Shown here one piece after another: positions 12,127 through 24,480 of a stretch of DNA of 64,000 bases. The position numbers and the translations under genes were made by a program. The DNA is from Eledone cirrhosa (lineage: Eukaryota). Where the stretch lies: assembly GCA_964016885.1 (NCBI GenBank), contig OZ024741.1, forward strand, positions 368,094,001 through 368,158,000. Reading direction: 5' to 3'. Each line of letters starts with the position of its first letter. The stretch's first letter is position 1. The notes under the pieces were generated by a model. That model was given only the letters and a program-made list of their open reading frames with translations. It made no database searches and was not told where the DNA came from.

Positions 12127-14605
12127 TTAGGTGTAGTGTTGGCGGATCTCGGGAAGCATGGAGGCCTTAAAGGATGCAGTGTCTCGACAGCTAACAACTG
12201 ATGCAGGTAGTTTGTTCCATGCTTCAGCAACTCTGAGCGTGAAAAAATGTTTCCGAAAGTCATGGGAACTGTGCTGTTTTCTTACTTTGTGGGCATGTCC
12301 ACGTGTGTTAGACACATGGAAATCAAAAAGGTACTCAGGGTTGTTGTTGGCAACATGGTTAACAATTTTGTGGGTGTTTACCAAGTCAGTTGCCAGTCGT
12401 CGGAGCTTCAATGAATCCATGCCCAGGGAAGCAAGGCGCTCAGAGTATGGTAGATGCCTGATGGAGGGTATTCGCTTGGTTGCACGTCTCTGAACAGTTT
12501 CCAGGCGGTCAATGTCCTGAGCAAGATGGGGGTTCCAGACTGGTGATGCAAATTCTAAGTGTGGTCGCACCATAGCTGTATACAGCCTTAAATAGATATC
12601 TGGAGAGCGGCTGACAAAGGTCTTGCTGAGTGATGCTAAGACACCCTCGGCCCTCTTGACAATTTTAGAGACGTGCCTCGTCCAACGCAAATCGCTGCTG
12701 ACCGTAATGCCCAGGTCACGTTCACAGGAAGACTTCTTGATATTAGTGCTGTGGAGGGAGTATGTGGACGCTGGATTTTTACTCCCAAAATGCATGGTGG
12801 TGCACTTGTCCACAGCTAGCTTGAGTTGCCAGTCTGAGATCCATTGTTGCATTGTGTCCAGGTCAGACTGCAAGCAAGATCTATAGTGTTCAGGATTTGT
12901 CCTTTTTATCTCAAGGTACAGCTTGATGTCGTCTGTGTACTTTAGTACTGTGGCATTCCTTAAGTTGGCATCTATGTCATTAATATATGCCACAAACAAA
13001 AGGGGGCCAAGAACAGATCTCTGTGGTACACCAGATGACATCTCATATGGTGAGGAATGCTGTCCCAGAACCGTGACTACCTCTCTTCGACTGAGAATGA
13101 AGGACTTCAACCAGTTAAAAAGATCATCCTTCACACCCATTGCAGAGAGTTTTGCCATAAGCCTTTTGTGTGGCACAGAATTGAAGGCCTTCGCAAAGTC
13201 AAGGTAAACAACATCCACCCATGAGCCTCCATCAGTGATCCGGGTGATGTCCTCAAGAAACTCTATAAGTTGATCACAGCAGCTGGAGTTGGGGATAAAT
13301 CCAAATTGCGAGGGCCGGATAAGACTGTGAGAGCTCCAGAAGTTCGAAAGTGTTTCTCTGACACAGGATTCCATCAGTTTAGCGATGCAACTAGTAAGAC
13401 TGACTGGACGATAGTTCACAGGTGATGTGCGGTCACCCTTTTTGAACAGAGGAATGACACTGGCAGTTTTCCACTGTTCTGGAGTAGCACTGTTGTTCAG
13501 ACAGAATTGGAAGAAACGTGATAACTGGTGTAGAAGGAAGTACCCACCACGTTTAAGAAGCAGGTACATAACACCATCAAGACCAGGAGAGGCATGGTCG
13601 CGTTTATTTTTTAGGTGACGTCGCAGCATTGCAGGTATAAATTCCATGGTTGTAATAGAGTCCGGTGTCATAGGTGGTGGAGATGGTACACTCTGGTCTT
13701 CAATAGTGAAAATGCCTGCATAGCATTCAGCAATGAGTTCTGCGCATTCCTTGGGGTCGTCAGTAACCTGGCTTGTGTGGGGATTGCGAAGAGGACCAAC
13801 TGGAGAGTGAGGCCTCTGCTTTGAGTGAACATACTTGCAGAACACCTTACTGTCAGGGCTGGTTGCTATGCGCTGCTCAAATTGAAGCACTGCCTTTTTT
13901 GTCACCTGTTTGAGGTGGTTGGACGATCTATTTCGCCTCTTCCTATTAATGTCTGATTTGTGAAGTTTGTACTCACGTTCAGCATTGCGCCGTTCTTTTC
14001 TGGCAAGACGGACTGCTGCAGTCTCCCAAATTGCGCTTTTGGGATGTTTTTTCCGCTTACGTGGCACCGATGCTGCACATGCTGTCCATATTGAGCTCAG
14101 GATGTTCTGGAGTACAGTGTTGACATCTCCAGAGTCGTAGAACTCAAGCCAGTTTGGCCGTTGCAACTCGGTGCAGTAACAGTTCCAGTCTGCTTTATTC
14201 CAGTCAAAGTGAGCAGTTTGGAGATGGTTGTGGTTCTTGTTACTGCCCATGAGGGATAGATTGGCAATGATCATAGCATGATCAGAGTCACCTAAAGGTT
14301 CCTCAGCAGTAACACTAATGACCGTTTCATGAGTAGTGGTGAAGAGTAGGTCCAAAGTGTTGTCACCTCTCAGTACAAGGAATTGCCGACAGATTTGACC
14401 GAACGTAGACCATTACACCACCACCACGACGATTAATGCGGTCTTTACGAAACAGGTTGTAGCCCGTCATGCTGAAAACCGCATCACAGAGTAAGGGATG
14501 TGCCCAAGTTTCCGTGACTGTAATGAAGTCCGGGTTGATACTTTTGACGTAGGAGTCAAAAAGATGAATCTTATTGCATAGACTACGTGCATTCAAGGAC
14601 AACAA
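12127..14605 (-). pseudogene. CR1 ORF2 (internally deleted APE plus RT)
   Basis: LNARSL, ITVTETW, RKDR..RGGGV followed directly by LDL..LGDSDH; RT has NYRPVSLTS, DFAKAF, GVPQRS, YTDD and the CR1-type ERDLGI and VRPHLEF. Confidence 0.88.
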
Positions 14606-14661
14606 TTTGTACCTTGATTCCAGTCTATGATTATGTGGAGGGGATGGCAGGTTGTTCTAAT

Positions 14662-15924
14662 TTAGTTTCCCAGAGTTTTTTCAGTTTCTTTATTGTCAGT
14701 TGTTGTGGGTACAGTGTTTTCAGACCAGCTGGTGTCTCTTTTCCATGATTCGCCAGCCTTAACAAACTTCCATATCTGCCCATCATCTCGTAGGCTGAAG
14801 CTTTCATGTTCTGCCGAGCTGCGGTTTAGGGAAGCTGCAGCACGCAACTTTGGGCGGACATCAGGTAGAAGACCAGGGCGTGTTCGGAAAGCAATCCGAC
14901 TTTCACGCCTAGCTTTATCAGAGGCTACAAGGTATGAACGTGCCTCAGTTGAGTTTGAAAACGACAGTCTAATTAACCTGGGTTTCGGGCCTGGTCGGCC
15001 AAGGCGTAGAGCACCCTTTGCGGAAGCACAGCCCAGGTCTTTGGATGAACTGGCAGCAAATGCCTGAAGATCAACTATGTCTTCCAGCACACCAATGGCA
15101 ATCACTTCGTGGTTTGCAGATTCAGTGGCATTCTCAATGCGTCTAGGTTCAACATGAGGTACGCGGAGATTTTTTAACAAGGCACTCCAGTAAGATCTCT
15201 CATTGTGGGGTTCTACACGAACGCTTGATTTTATTTCCGCTATTTCTTGACTTAAAGCGGAAATCATTTGCCGTATTTCCTCAAACTCCGTATTGACGGT
15301 CGGTTTTTGTTGTTCTTCTTCTCCTTCAACAGGCATGGTAGAAGACACAGTCGTCGGTTGTTGTTGTTGAAAAGTAACGGGTGAGGAAGACATGGGTTGC
15401 TGTTGTTGATGAAGTCCTTCAACGGGGGTAGTAGCAGAAGCTACGGTCGTTGGTTTTTGCTGTTGTTCAGGAACAATGGTAGAGGAAGACACGATCCTCG
15501 GTTTTTGTTATTGTTGTTCGGGAACAATGGTAGAAGACACGATCTTCGGTCTTTGTTGTTGTTGTTGTTCCGCAGCAATGGGAGAAGCAGGCATACAGTC
15601 CAGGCACTGAAAGTACCAGTTTGTTAGCTGGACCATCTCCCAGAGTCTATCCATCGTAGCAATATGATGTTTCTTATTTTGGCCTGGGATCTTCCGGAAG
15701 CCTGTGGTGCATTGAAGGCAGACAGAGATGTGACAGGTTCCACATTCGACCCAGCGATTACGGAACGAGTTTTCGGGTTCCGTACAGATATGGCAGATGT
15801 GATCTTCTGGGCAATGTTCTATTTTGGAACATCGACCAGTTTTGTCGCATACTTCATCGATGGATATCACCATGGCAATTTTGTTATTTCTGCCCATCCG
15901 TAGAAAAACACAGAATGTAAACAA
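14662..15924 (-). pseudogene. CR1 ORF1 (N-terminal PHD-like Cys cluster, Gln-rich repeats, coiled coil) with one in-frame stop at 15508
   Basis: ORFs 15508..15924 and 14662..15492 are in the same frame, separated by TAA within a CAA run; CHIC..WVECGTC..CLQC..CLDC. Confidence 0.75.
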
Positions 15925-16681
15925 TATAGGTTTAGCGCACTTGATTACAATAGAAATAAAATGTCTGTTTTTTTGGTGTATTTTGTTTCCGTTTTCCTAA
16001 ATGTTGTGTGTGTACAGAAGAGTCTGTGCATGTAAACAAATAAATATGCTGCGTAAGTTAAATGAAACGTACTGTAGAAGGCAGTTGTTTATTAACAGCG
16101 AAATAACGTTTTTTTTTTCCTGATACTGCTTCTTTATAATAAACTTTCAATAATATTTGTTTCAAATTATTAACTTTCAGCTGCTAGTATATATATATAA
16201 TTAAAAGGTGTATGTGGGTTAGAAGCGAAGTCAATGTTCAGAAATATTTTACCAATGTAAATTGGTAAAATTGGCCGGTATAGTGTCTCACACGAAATAG
16301 TGTGGTTTCTTTTCACGTGTGTGTATATGCATATGATATATATCTGTATATAAATCTGTGTGTATATTGTTGTTTATATGTTTTGTGGAGTACTTACTGC
16401 GATCCTTAAGGGATGTAATGATTTGTTTTGTTTTTTTCCTTTTTCCCCGTCCATGTCCACACGTGGTTTGTTGGCGTAAATCAAGTCAAATTATATATAC
16501 TTCGTTAAGATAATTCTATCTTGAAACTGGTACTAGTTGTCAGGGAACAGTCAAAATAATTGTAATAATGAATATTGTAATCCATCTGACATGTGTTTAA
16601 AGGGCAGTTTTTGGTGAAAATATTATATTTTGTTTGGTCAAGACGTGGTCAAGCGACCTTCCTTGTCGCCATTTTGGCCGT

Positions 16682-17387
16682 ATGTTACATGGTAGTGAGA
16701 CCTGGGCGCTGAAGGTGGAAGACTTACGTAGATTAGAGAGAAACGAAGCCTGCATGCTCCGATGGATGTGTAATAGTAATATACGCGAACGACAAAGCAT
16801 AAATGAATTGAGAGAGAGACTGAGCATAAGAGGAATCAAATGCTGTGTGCAGGAGAGGCGGATGCATTGGTATGGACATGTGATGCGTATGAAGGATGAC
16901 AGCTGCATAAAAAGGTGCAGAGCACTAGAAGTCGATGGAAACCGCAGAGTGGGGAGACCCAAGATGACCTGGGATGAGGTGATAAAAGCCAACCTTACCC
17001 AATTACACCTCTCAAAGGCGATGACACACGACCGTGACTTCTGGCGACACGCAGTAATACAGAGTACCCGACCTCCCATGGGTACAAACTGAAGCATATA
17101 GACAATATGTCCCCATACCCTCCCACTGCAAGGGTGCCACGGCAAAAAAACACCCAGCCCACACTGTAAAGTGGACATGAAGGCGCCACGAAAAAGCACC
17201 CAGCACTCACTGTAAATGAGGTTGGTGTTAGGAAGGGCATCCAGCTGTAGAAATAAAGACAAATCAGTTCCTGTATGAGCAAGGCATGGTCAGCCGACCA
17301 GACACTGCCCACAACAGGACAACCCGTCTAACCCATGCTAACGTGGAAAAACGGACGTAAAACGGTGATGATGATGATGATGATGAT
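16682..17387 (+). mobile_element. RTE fragment, 3' part, with (GAT)n tail
   Basis: MLHGSETW..GRPKMTW; continues 11552-12010. Confidence 0.9.
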
Positions 17388-17719
17388 TCTATCTTTTTCT
17401 TTGGTTGGATATGCTCTGTTTTCGTCTATCTATTTGTATCTTTTCCCATAAAATGATCTCCCATATCTTCCACCTATAACTACATTGAGCTTTGTATAAA
17501 ACTATATGACTATCATATACTCTCCTATATAGCCCTCTACATACAAATAGAGTTATATTTTTACCCTTGCTATATATATACCAGTTATGTTGTGTTGTTT
17601 ACCAATGGGTAGAACTCGTCATTCTGGTTAATAAACAATGATGCAATAATTCATCCATCGTAGATGTAGTATCCCATGGTTGATGCAAGTATGGAGTTAA
17701 ATATTCATTTAAAAACTAC

Positions 17720-18127
17720 AGAAAGCCTGACTGGAAACATTCTTTAAAGTTTTAGTATTTCAATGGCCCAATTAGATCATCTAATCATGATGTAAAACTT
17801 AGGCGATTTCATCAAGTGTTGTTTGCAAAATTAGTTATATACCAGGATTACAGTGAACGCAAGCAGATAATAGAGAATAGATTTGATTTGGGGATAGCTT
17901 ACCAATTCAGTGTTCTTGTAATGACAAACCATTGGCGAGCCATCCCCAAATCAAATCTATTCTCTGTTTGTGTTCACTGTAATCCTGTTATCTTATATAA
18001 CTAATTTTGCAATTCACACCTGATGAAATCGACTACGTCTTGCATCATGATCCACCAAGGCCAATGAAATATGTATAGTGTTTTCGTAATATTAAAACTT
18101 TAAAGAATGTTTCCAGTCAGGCTTTCT
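17720..18127. mobile_element. Fold-back (palindromic) MITE-like element
   Basis: agaaagcctgactggaaacattctttaaagtttta at 17720 is the reverse complement of ~18093-18127; pairing continues inward to a small loop near 17900-17930. Confidence 0.8.
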
Positions 18128-18606
18128 ATTGTTTATATATATAAGAAAAGAGAAATACGAAATCAAAACTCTACATAAGTTTAATACTTTACATATGTTT
18201 CAAGTGTAATATAATCATTACTCATTTAGTTGCAAATAGGATCTTACAATTAAAACGTGTGAATAAAAAATAATAACATAAAAGAATTTTATACCACACT
18301 ATTTTCAGAAGCAGTTTAAATGAAAATACATATTACAAATATAAATTAAAATCAATGGCAGACTGCAGGGTCAATTAAAGACTACATTAGGAATATTTTG
18401 GAGAGTTGAAATCATGTATATATAGTTCTATATATATGACTACAATATCAACAATGAAAAACAGTTAGAAAAACTGCTGTTATGTTAATGTTTATGGGAA
18501 ATTGAAACAAGAAACAATAGTGGAAGAGATATTAAGAAACTGAGATTTGATTAAAAAATTCAGAAATGTGGCATCAGGAGGGGGTGATGTGGGCAACAGT
18601 GTCATT

Positions 18607-18949
18607 TCATCATCATCATCATTTCATTTTACGTCCGCTTTTCCCTGCTAGCAAGGGTGGGACGGGAACTGATTTTGGCTTGATTTCTACAGCTGGATGC
18701 CCTTCCTAACACCAACCTCATTTACAGTGAGTGCTGGGTGCTTTTTTGCCGTGGCACCTCCATGACCACTTTACAGTGGAATGATATGGACCCCAGTACC
18801 TATCATCTCATTTCTACAGCTGAGTAAACTGGAGCAATGTGAAATAAAGTGTCTTGCTCAAGGAAACAACACATCACCTGGTCTGAGAATTGAACTCACA
18901 ACCTTTCGATTGCAAGGCCAATACTCTAACCATTAAGCCATGTGCCTCC
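18607..18949 (-). mobile_element. Intact tRNA-derived SINE with RTE-derived 3' end and (GAT)n tail
   Basis: A/B-box-like head, core, and 3' end shared with the RTE 3' UTR. Confidence 0.88.
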
Positions 18950-19577
18950 AGTGTATAAATGTATTTTTGCCTGTATGAAGATGTGTATGCAGTAGGGGTA
19001 GTGAAGTGTCCAGATCTATCAATTGTGCAGTTGAGGTACATTGTGTGAATGAGTCTGTTAGTCTCTGAATGTAGGTGTATATGATTGTGAGGTTATTGGG
19101 CTATCTGCATTTCTGTTAGAGTATGTGTGTATGTTTGTGTATGTCAATATGTCTCTGCAAGCATGTTTGTAGAGGGTTTCACAGTGTATAGAAGTGTTGG
19201 TGTGAGTGAGTGCACAATATAGGAGGAAAGTGTAGGATGAGAGTATGATGCAAGAGATGGTTTTGTAACAAGGCTCTGTGTGTGTGTTCATATGTGAAAG
19301 TGTATATATATATATGTGTGTGTGTGTGTGTATGTGTGTGAGTGTTATGCAAATTACGTAATGGAGTTGTAGTAGCTGCAGAGTAATATAGAAACTATGT
19401 AATATGATAACCACAGCCTAATGACATCTATCACGAGACACTGCATCCTTTAAAATCTCCATGCTTCCCAAGATTCGCCAACACTACACCTAATGTTGCC
19501 GCTCCATACACATACACACATGTATATCATGACTCATACACTATTCACTTCCCTGACATTTGTATATTATTCTATGT

Positions 19578-20060
19578 CAGTAGGCACCTCTATCAAAACA
19601 CACCCCCGTCCCACCACCTCCACCCCACCCACACCGCCCCTTTCAATGTAAAGTTATGTTGGTCCCACAACATCCAGGCCGAAACAAATGAGATCGTGTA
19701 GGTGTCACGACAAAAAACACACAGTCCACGCTGTAAATGTGGCCGTGTAGGCAACACGGTAAAAACCTCCCAGCCCCACACTGTAAATGTGGTTGGTGTT
19801 AGGAAGGGCATCCAGCTGTAGAAAACCCGCCAGACAGTCCACGCTGTAATGTGGCCGTGTAGGCAACACGGTAAAAACCTCCCAGCCCCACACTGTAAAT
19901 GTGGTTGGTGTTAGGAAGGGCATCCAACTGTAGAAAACCCGCCAGACAGTCCTATGCGAGCAAGACAACCACTCTTGCCTCAAGTGGGAAAACCCCCGTC
20001 CAAACCCATGCAAGCGTGGAACACGGACGCTAAACCTGATGATGATGATGATGATGATGT
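19578..20060 (+). mobile_element. RTE 3' UTR fragment with internal tandem duplication, inserted into a CR1 3' end
   Basis: Matches 33113-33473; CR1 tail sequence at 19432-19577 resumes at 20061-20131. Confidence 0.8.
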
Positions 20061-20334
20061 ACTATACATGCACCTTTGACGATTTGTAGTGCACCTGAGC
20101 ACTTTACACAATAATTTCATTATTATTATTATCACTCTCATATCAGTAATTGGAGCAGGTTGGTTATTGTTTGGTTGAGATGGCTTGGGTATGTTGGAAT
20201 TTATGGCTGATATGGTATGATTTGGGAAGTAGGGTTGGTTGTAGGATTGTGGTTTGCTTTTGCTTGGGTTTCCTAGTTGGCATGGGTTTAGTTTGGCTTT
20301 GTTTATGTTCTAGTTGAGGCATATACATAGGGGA

Positions 20335-21640
20335 CACATTAGAGAGGGGAAACTATAGAGGCATCAAGTTGATGAACCAGGTCATGAATGTTATGGGGAG
20401 AGTTATAGCACAACTGATTAAGGATTGAGTTAATCTAGACGAGATGCAGTTTGGCTTTGTACCCAGTAAAGGTACCATTGACACCCTCTTCCTAGTGCAA
20501 CAACTGCAAAAGTACTTAGCTATGAGTAAGCTCCTCTGTCTGGCATTTGGGGACCAGGAGAAAGACTTTGACAGGATACCTTACTTTGTGAACTGGATAA
20601 TTTTTAAGAAACTAGGAGTAGACTTGTGGGGGCTATACAAGCTATGCAAAAAGGTGCAGTTAGCAAATTAAAGTTTATGATGAGTATAGTAAGGAATTTA
20701 GTGTGCAGGTGGTAGCTTACCATGACTCTGTCTTCAGCTCACTCTTGTTTATTATGATCCTCTAGACAATAATAAAGGAGTTTAAGACTGTCTGTTCATT
20801 GGAACTCTTGCATGCAGATGACCTAATTCTCATAGCTGAATCTGCAGAGGAATTAAAGAAGATATTCCAGATTTGGAAGCAAAAGTCCACTTAACCAAGA
20901 ATAAAGTCTTAGTAAGTAGGAAAGATGACAGAGCCCTGATTCCATCAGGGAAATGGCCATGCAATAGAAATTCCATACAGTGTACAAAATGTAAACTATG
21001 GGTACACGAGATGTGGGATTTGGAGCAGGCTAACACAGCATGTCAGCTATGTATGTGGTAGATGCACTGAAGCAGTAAGCAGCAAGTATTCCCACGAAAC
21101 AGACACTACCAAAGGCTTAGATGGCTCTCTAGAAGTGGTTGACAGATTTTGCTACCTAGGGGATTTAATTAGCAGTGGTAGTGGATGTTCTGAAAGTAGT
21201 GATTAGAGTGAGAACGAAATGGAAGAGGGAGCTACTAAACACTAAAAAAGGTTTCTCCCTCCCCTCAAGATAACTGATTGTATGATACATGTGTGTGAAC
21301 TGAGATGATGGAAGTGAGACTTGGGCGTAAGTGAGGAGAAATAAGGCGAGTATGATTTGATGGATATGTAATAGCAGTGTGCATGAATAAAACTTTAGTG
21401 AACTAAGAACATAAGAGGGATTAAATGTAGTGTACAAGAGAGAAGATTACACTGTGATGTCTATGGAGGATGACAGCTGCATATGCAGAAGAGATAAAGC
21501 AAGAAAAACTTGGGATGAAGTGGTAAAGGGTGACCTCACAAAGATGAACCTGATGAAGGAAATGACACATGATCAAGTCTACTGGCGATATGTTGTAACT
21601 GCAGAAGACTTGATTTCCCACACAAGTAAGACTAAATGAG
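20335..21640 (+). mobile_element. Old degraded RTE LINE
   Basis: MQFGFVPSKGTID, PSGKWPC, RKTWDEVVK fragments. Confidence 0.85.
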
Positions 21641-22242
21641 CATGGAATGGATGGTATTAAAGGCAGAGATATTTAAGTCTCCATTTTGCCAAATATGTTC
21701 CCTTCAATATCTCTACCTCCTCAGCAATATGTAGAATCCCCTCCACCCCAAAGTCCCTAGCTAACCTCTCACTCTTACCTCCACTCACACTTGATCTCCC
21801 CCTCTACCACCTTGGTATTCCCCTCCTTCCTGATTTTCATCACAGAAAGACTGGTCACCTTTTTCTTTCACCCCTCCCTTTAGCAAGCAATGTAGCCCTT
21901 CACACTTGTCCCCCACCTGTACACTGCCTCCCCAACTTGGCTGAGTACACAACAAGCATCTCAACGTCATAAATAGTAGTGCTGATGCAGGCCATCCTGT
22001 CAGGTGATAGTGGCAGAGATAAAATTCACCAGGTTTATGCCATAAAGTGGTTGGCATTAGGAAAGGCATTCAGTTGTAAAACCCATGCCAAAATAGAACA
22101 TATGAGCATGACATAATCCTCTGGGATGTCTGGCCTCAGATTGTGACAACCCATTTAATCCATAGAAGTATGGAAAATAATGTAAAACAGTGATGATAAT
22201 ACTACATACAGAGAGAGAGAGAGTGTGAGTGAGTGTATATAT

Positions 22243-23823
22243 CATCATCATCGTTTAACGTCTATCTTCCACGCTAGCATGGGTTTAGACGGGAATTGTC
22301 CCACTTGAGGCAAGATTGGTCGTCTCGTTCGTATAGGACTGTGTGGCAGGTTTTCTACGGCTGGATGCCCTTCCTAACACCAACCACGTTTACAGTGTGG
22401 ACTGGGAGGTTTTTACTGTGTTACCTACACGGCCACATTACAGCGTGGACTGTGTTTTTTTGTTGTGACACCTACACGATCTCATTTATTTAGGACTGGA
22501 TGTTGTGGTACCAACATAACTTTACATCGAGAGGGGTGGTGTAGATGGGGGTGGGGAAGTAGGGGCAGTGGGATGGGAGTGTATATTTGGTTAAGAGGTG
22601 CCTATTGACTGTAGGTTTCGCTTTGTACTTAGGCAAGGCAGGTCTTCTGTATTACTGCGTAGCACCAAAGATCTCGGTCCAGTGACATTGTCTTGGAGAG
22701 GTGTAAGTGTGTAAGGTCGGAATTTATCAAATCGTCCCAGGTTTTTCTGGGTCTGCCTACTCCGAAACATCTGTCAATTTTGATCGCTCTGCACTTTTTT
22801 ATACAGCTGTCGTCTTTCATGCGCATCACATGACCATACCAACGTAGTCTTCTCTCAAGTAAACAGCATCTGATCCCTCTTATACTAATTTCCCACTTAG
22901 TTCATTTATGCTTTGCTGTTCACGTATATTACTATTACACATCCAGCGGAGCATGCATGCTTCGTTCCTCTCCAGTCTGCACACAATGCCCATGTCTCAC
23001 TGCCATGTAACATAGCTGTTCGTATGCAGGCATCATACAGTCTGCCTTTCATTTTTAGAGAAAAACCTTTAGCGGCCAATAGTGGTATAAGCTCTCTGAA
23101 CTTTTTCCATCCCGTTCTGACTCTGGCTACTGTACTTTCTGAGCACCCTCCACCACTGCTGATTTTGTCACCCAGGTAACGGAAGGTGTCCACTATTTCT
23201 CTAGAGCCATCTGGGCAATAGAAGGAGCTAGTATCCTGTGGGCACTTGCTACTTATTGCACCTGAGCACTGGCCACATATAAAATCTATGTTCTTAGATA
23301 GCTTACCTGTTAACCCACTACATCTTTTATGCACCCATACTTTGCATTTGGGACATAAAATGGAATTTCTGCCTACTCCTTTCCTACACACTGAGCATGG
23401 CCATTTCCCAGAGGGGACCTGTGCCCTATTTTCCTTCCTACATACTAGAACTTTAGTCTTAGACAAGTTAACTTTAAGGCCTTTTGATTCTAGGCCAAGC
23501 TTCCATGTTTGGAATTTCTTCTCTAGTTCAGCCATCGATTCAGCTATGAGTGTTAGATCATCTGCATAGAGAAGTTCCCATGGGCAGCCGGTCTTGAACT
23601 CCTCTGTTATAGCCTGAAGGGAAATAATATATAGGAGGGGGCTAAGGACAGAGCCCTGATGAACACCAACTTTTACTCTAAATTCTTCACTATATTCGTT
23701 GTTAATTCTAACCTTGCTGACTGTTTCTTTATACATGGCTTGTATAGCTCTCACAAGCTATTCATCAACCCCTAGTTTTCTAAGGGCTTACCAGATATTG
23801 GCACAGGGGACTCTGTCAAATGC

Positions 23824-23828
<5 letters not shown>
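22243..23828 (-). mobile_element. RTE LINE 3' half (second subfamily)
   Basis: GVHQGSVLSP, YADD, PHD-like finger, (GAT)n tail. Confidence 0.9.
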
Positions 23829-23866
<38 letters not shown>

Positions 23867-24099
23867 TATATATGTGGTGGTTTTCCTTAAATACTTCACC
23901 AACAAGGTAATATCCTGTTATACTGGAGGGAGTGTAAGCTAGCAAGGTTTCTTTTCAGTTGATGTCCCCAATGTTATTTTTTATAAATGGTGCAAGTAGT
24001 CATGCTTAGAGATGGTTTTAGTGTTTTAAACTTTAACTATATGCTGTTACCATATGTAATGCTATAATCCCACCTGACTTTTCATTGTAAACCATAGAT

Positions 24100-24480
24100 T
24101 GTCACAAGACTGTTTTTGTTAAACAGCATTGATCGCAAATACAAGCAGCCGAAATGGGGTTCCTCTGAAGGGTCTTTGATGTAACATTACTCGATAAAGT
24201 GTGTAGCTCGGAGATCAGAGTTACTCCAAATTGAGAAATCACAGCTCTGTAACATGTGGTTTGAATGTCTCAGGAAAGAATCACTGAACAGATTTTACAG
24301 GTGAAACCAACAGGTAAGAGACCCAGGGCTAAACCCCGAGTAAGATGGTTGGATAACATCCATGTGCTTGGCTGGTCATGCTTGCTTCTGACAGGACCCA
24401 CTGAAGGGAGTGTTTGAGGACTCTTCCCCCACGACCCTTTCAGGAATAAGTGGGTGAAGAAAGGAAGAAAGAAAAAGCAT
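24100..24480 (+). mobile_element. Degraded 3' fragment of a different RTE-like LINE
   Basis: GKRPRAKPRVRWLDNI, an RTE C-terminal-like motif. Confidence 0.55.

Larger units (their letters stand above)
12011..16681 (-). mobile_element. Full-length but defective CR1-group LINE inserted into an RTE element
   Basis: 5' end near 16681 containing CAAAATGGCG; ORF1 15924-14662; ORF2 14605-12127; (ATT)n tail at 12011-12031; the RTE reading frame resumes on both sides (RTA|MLHGSETW). Confidence 0.88.
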
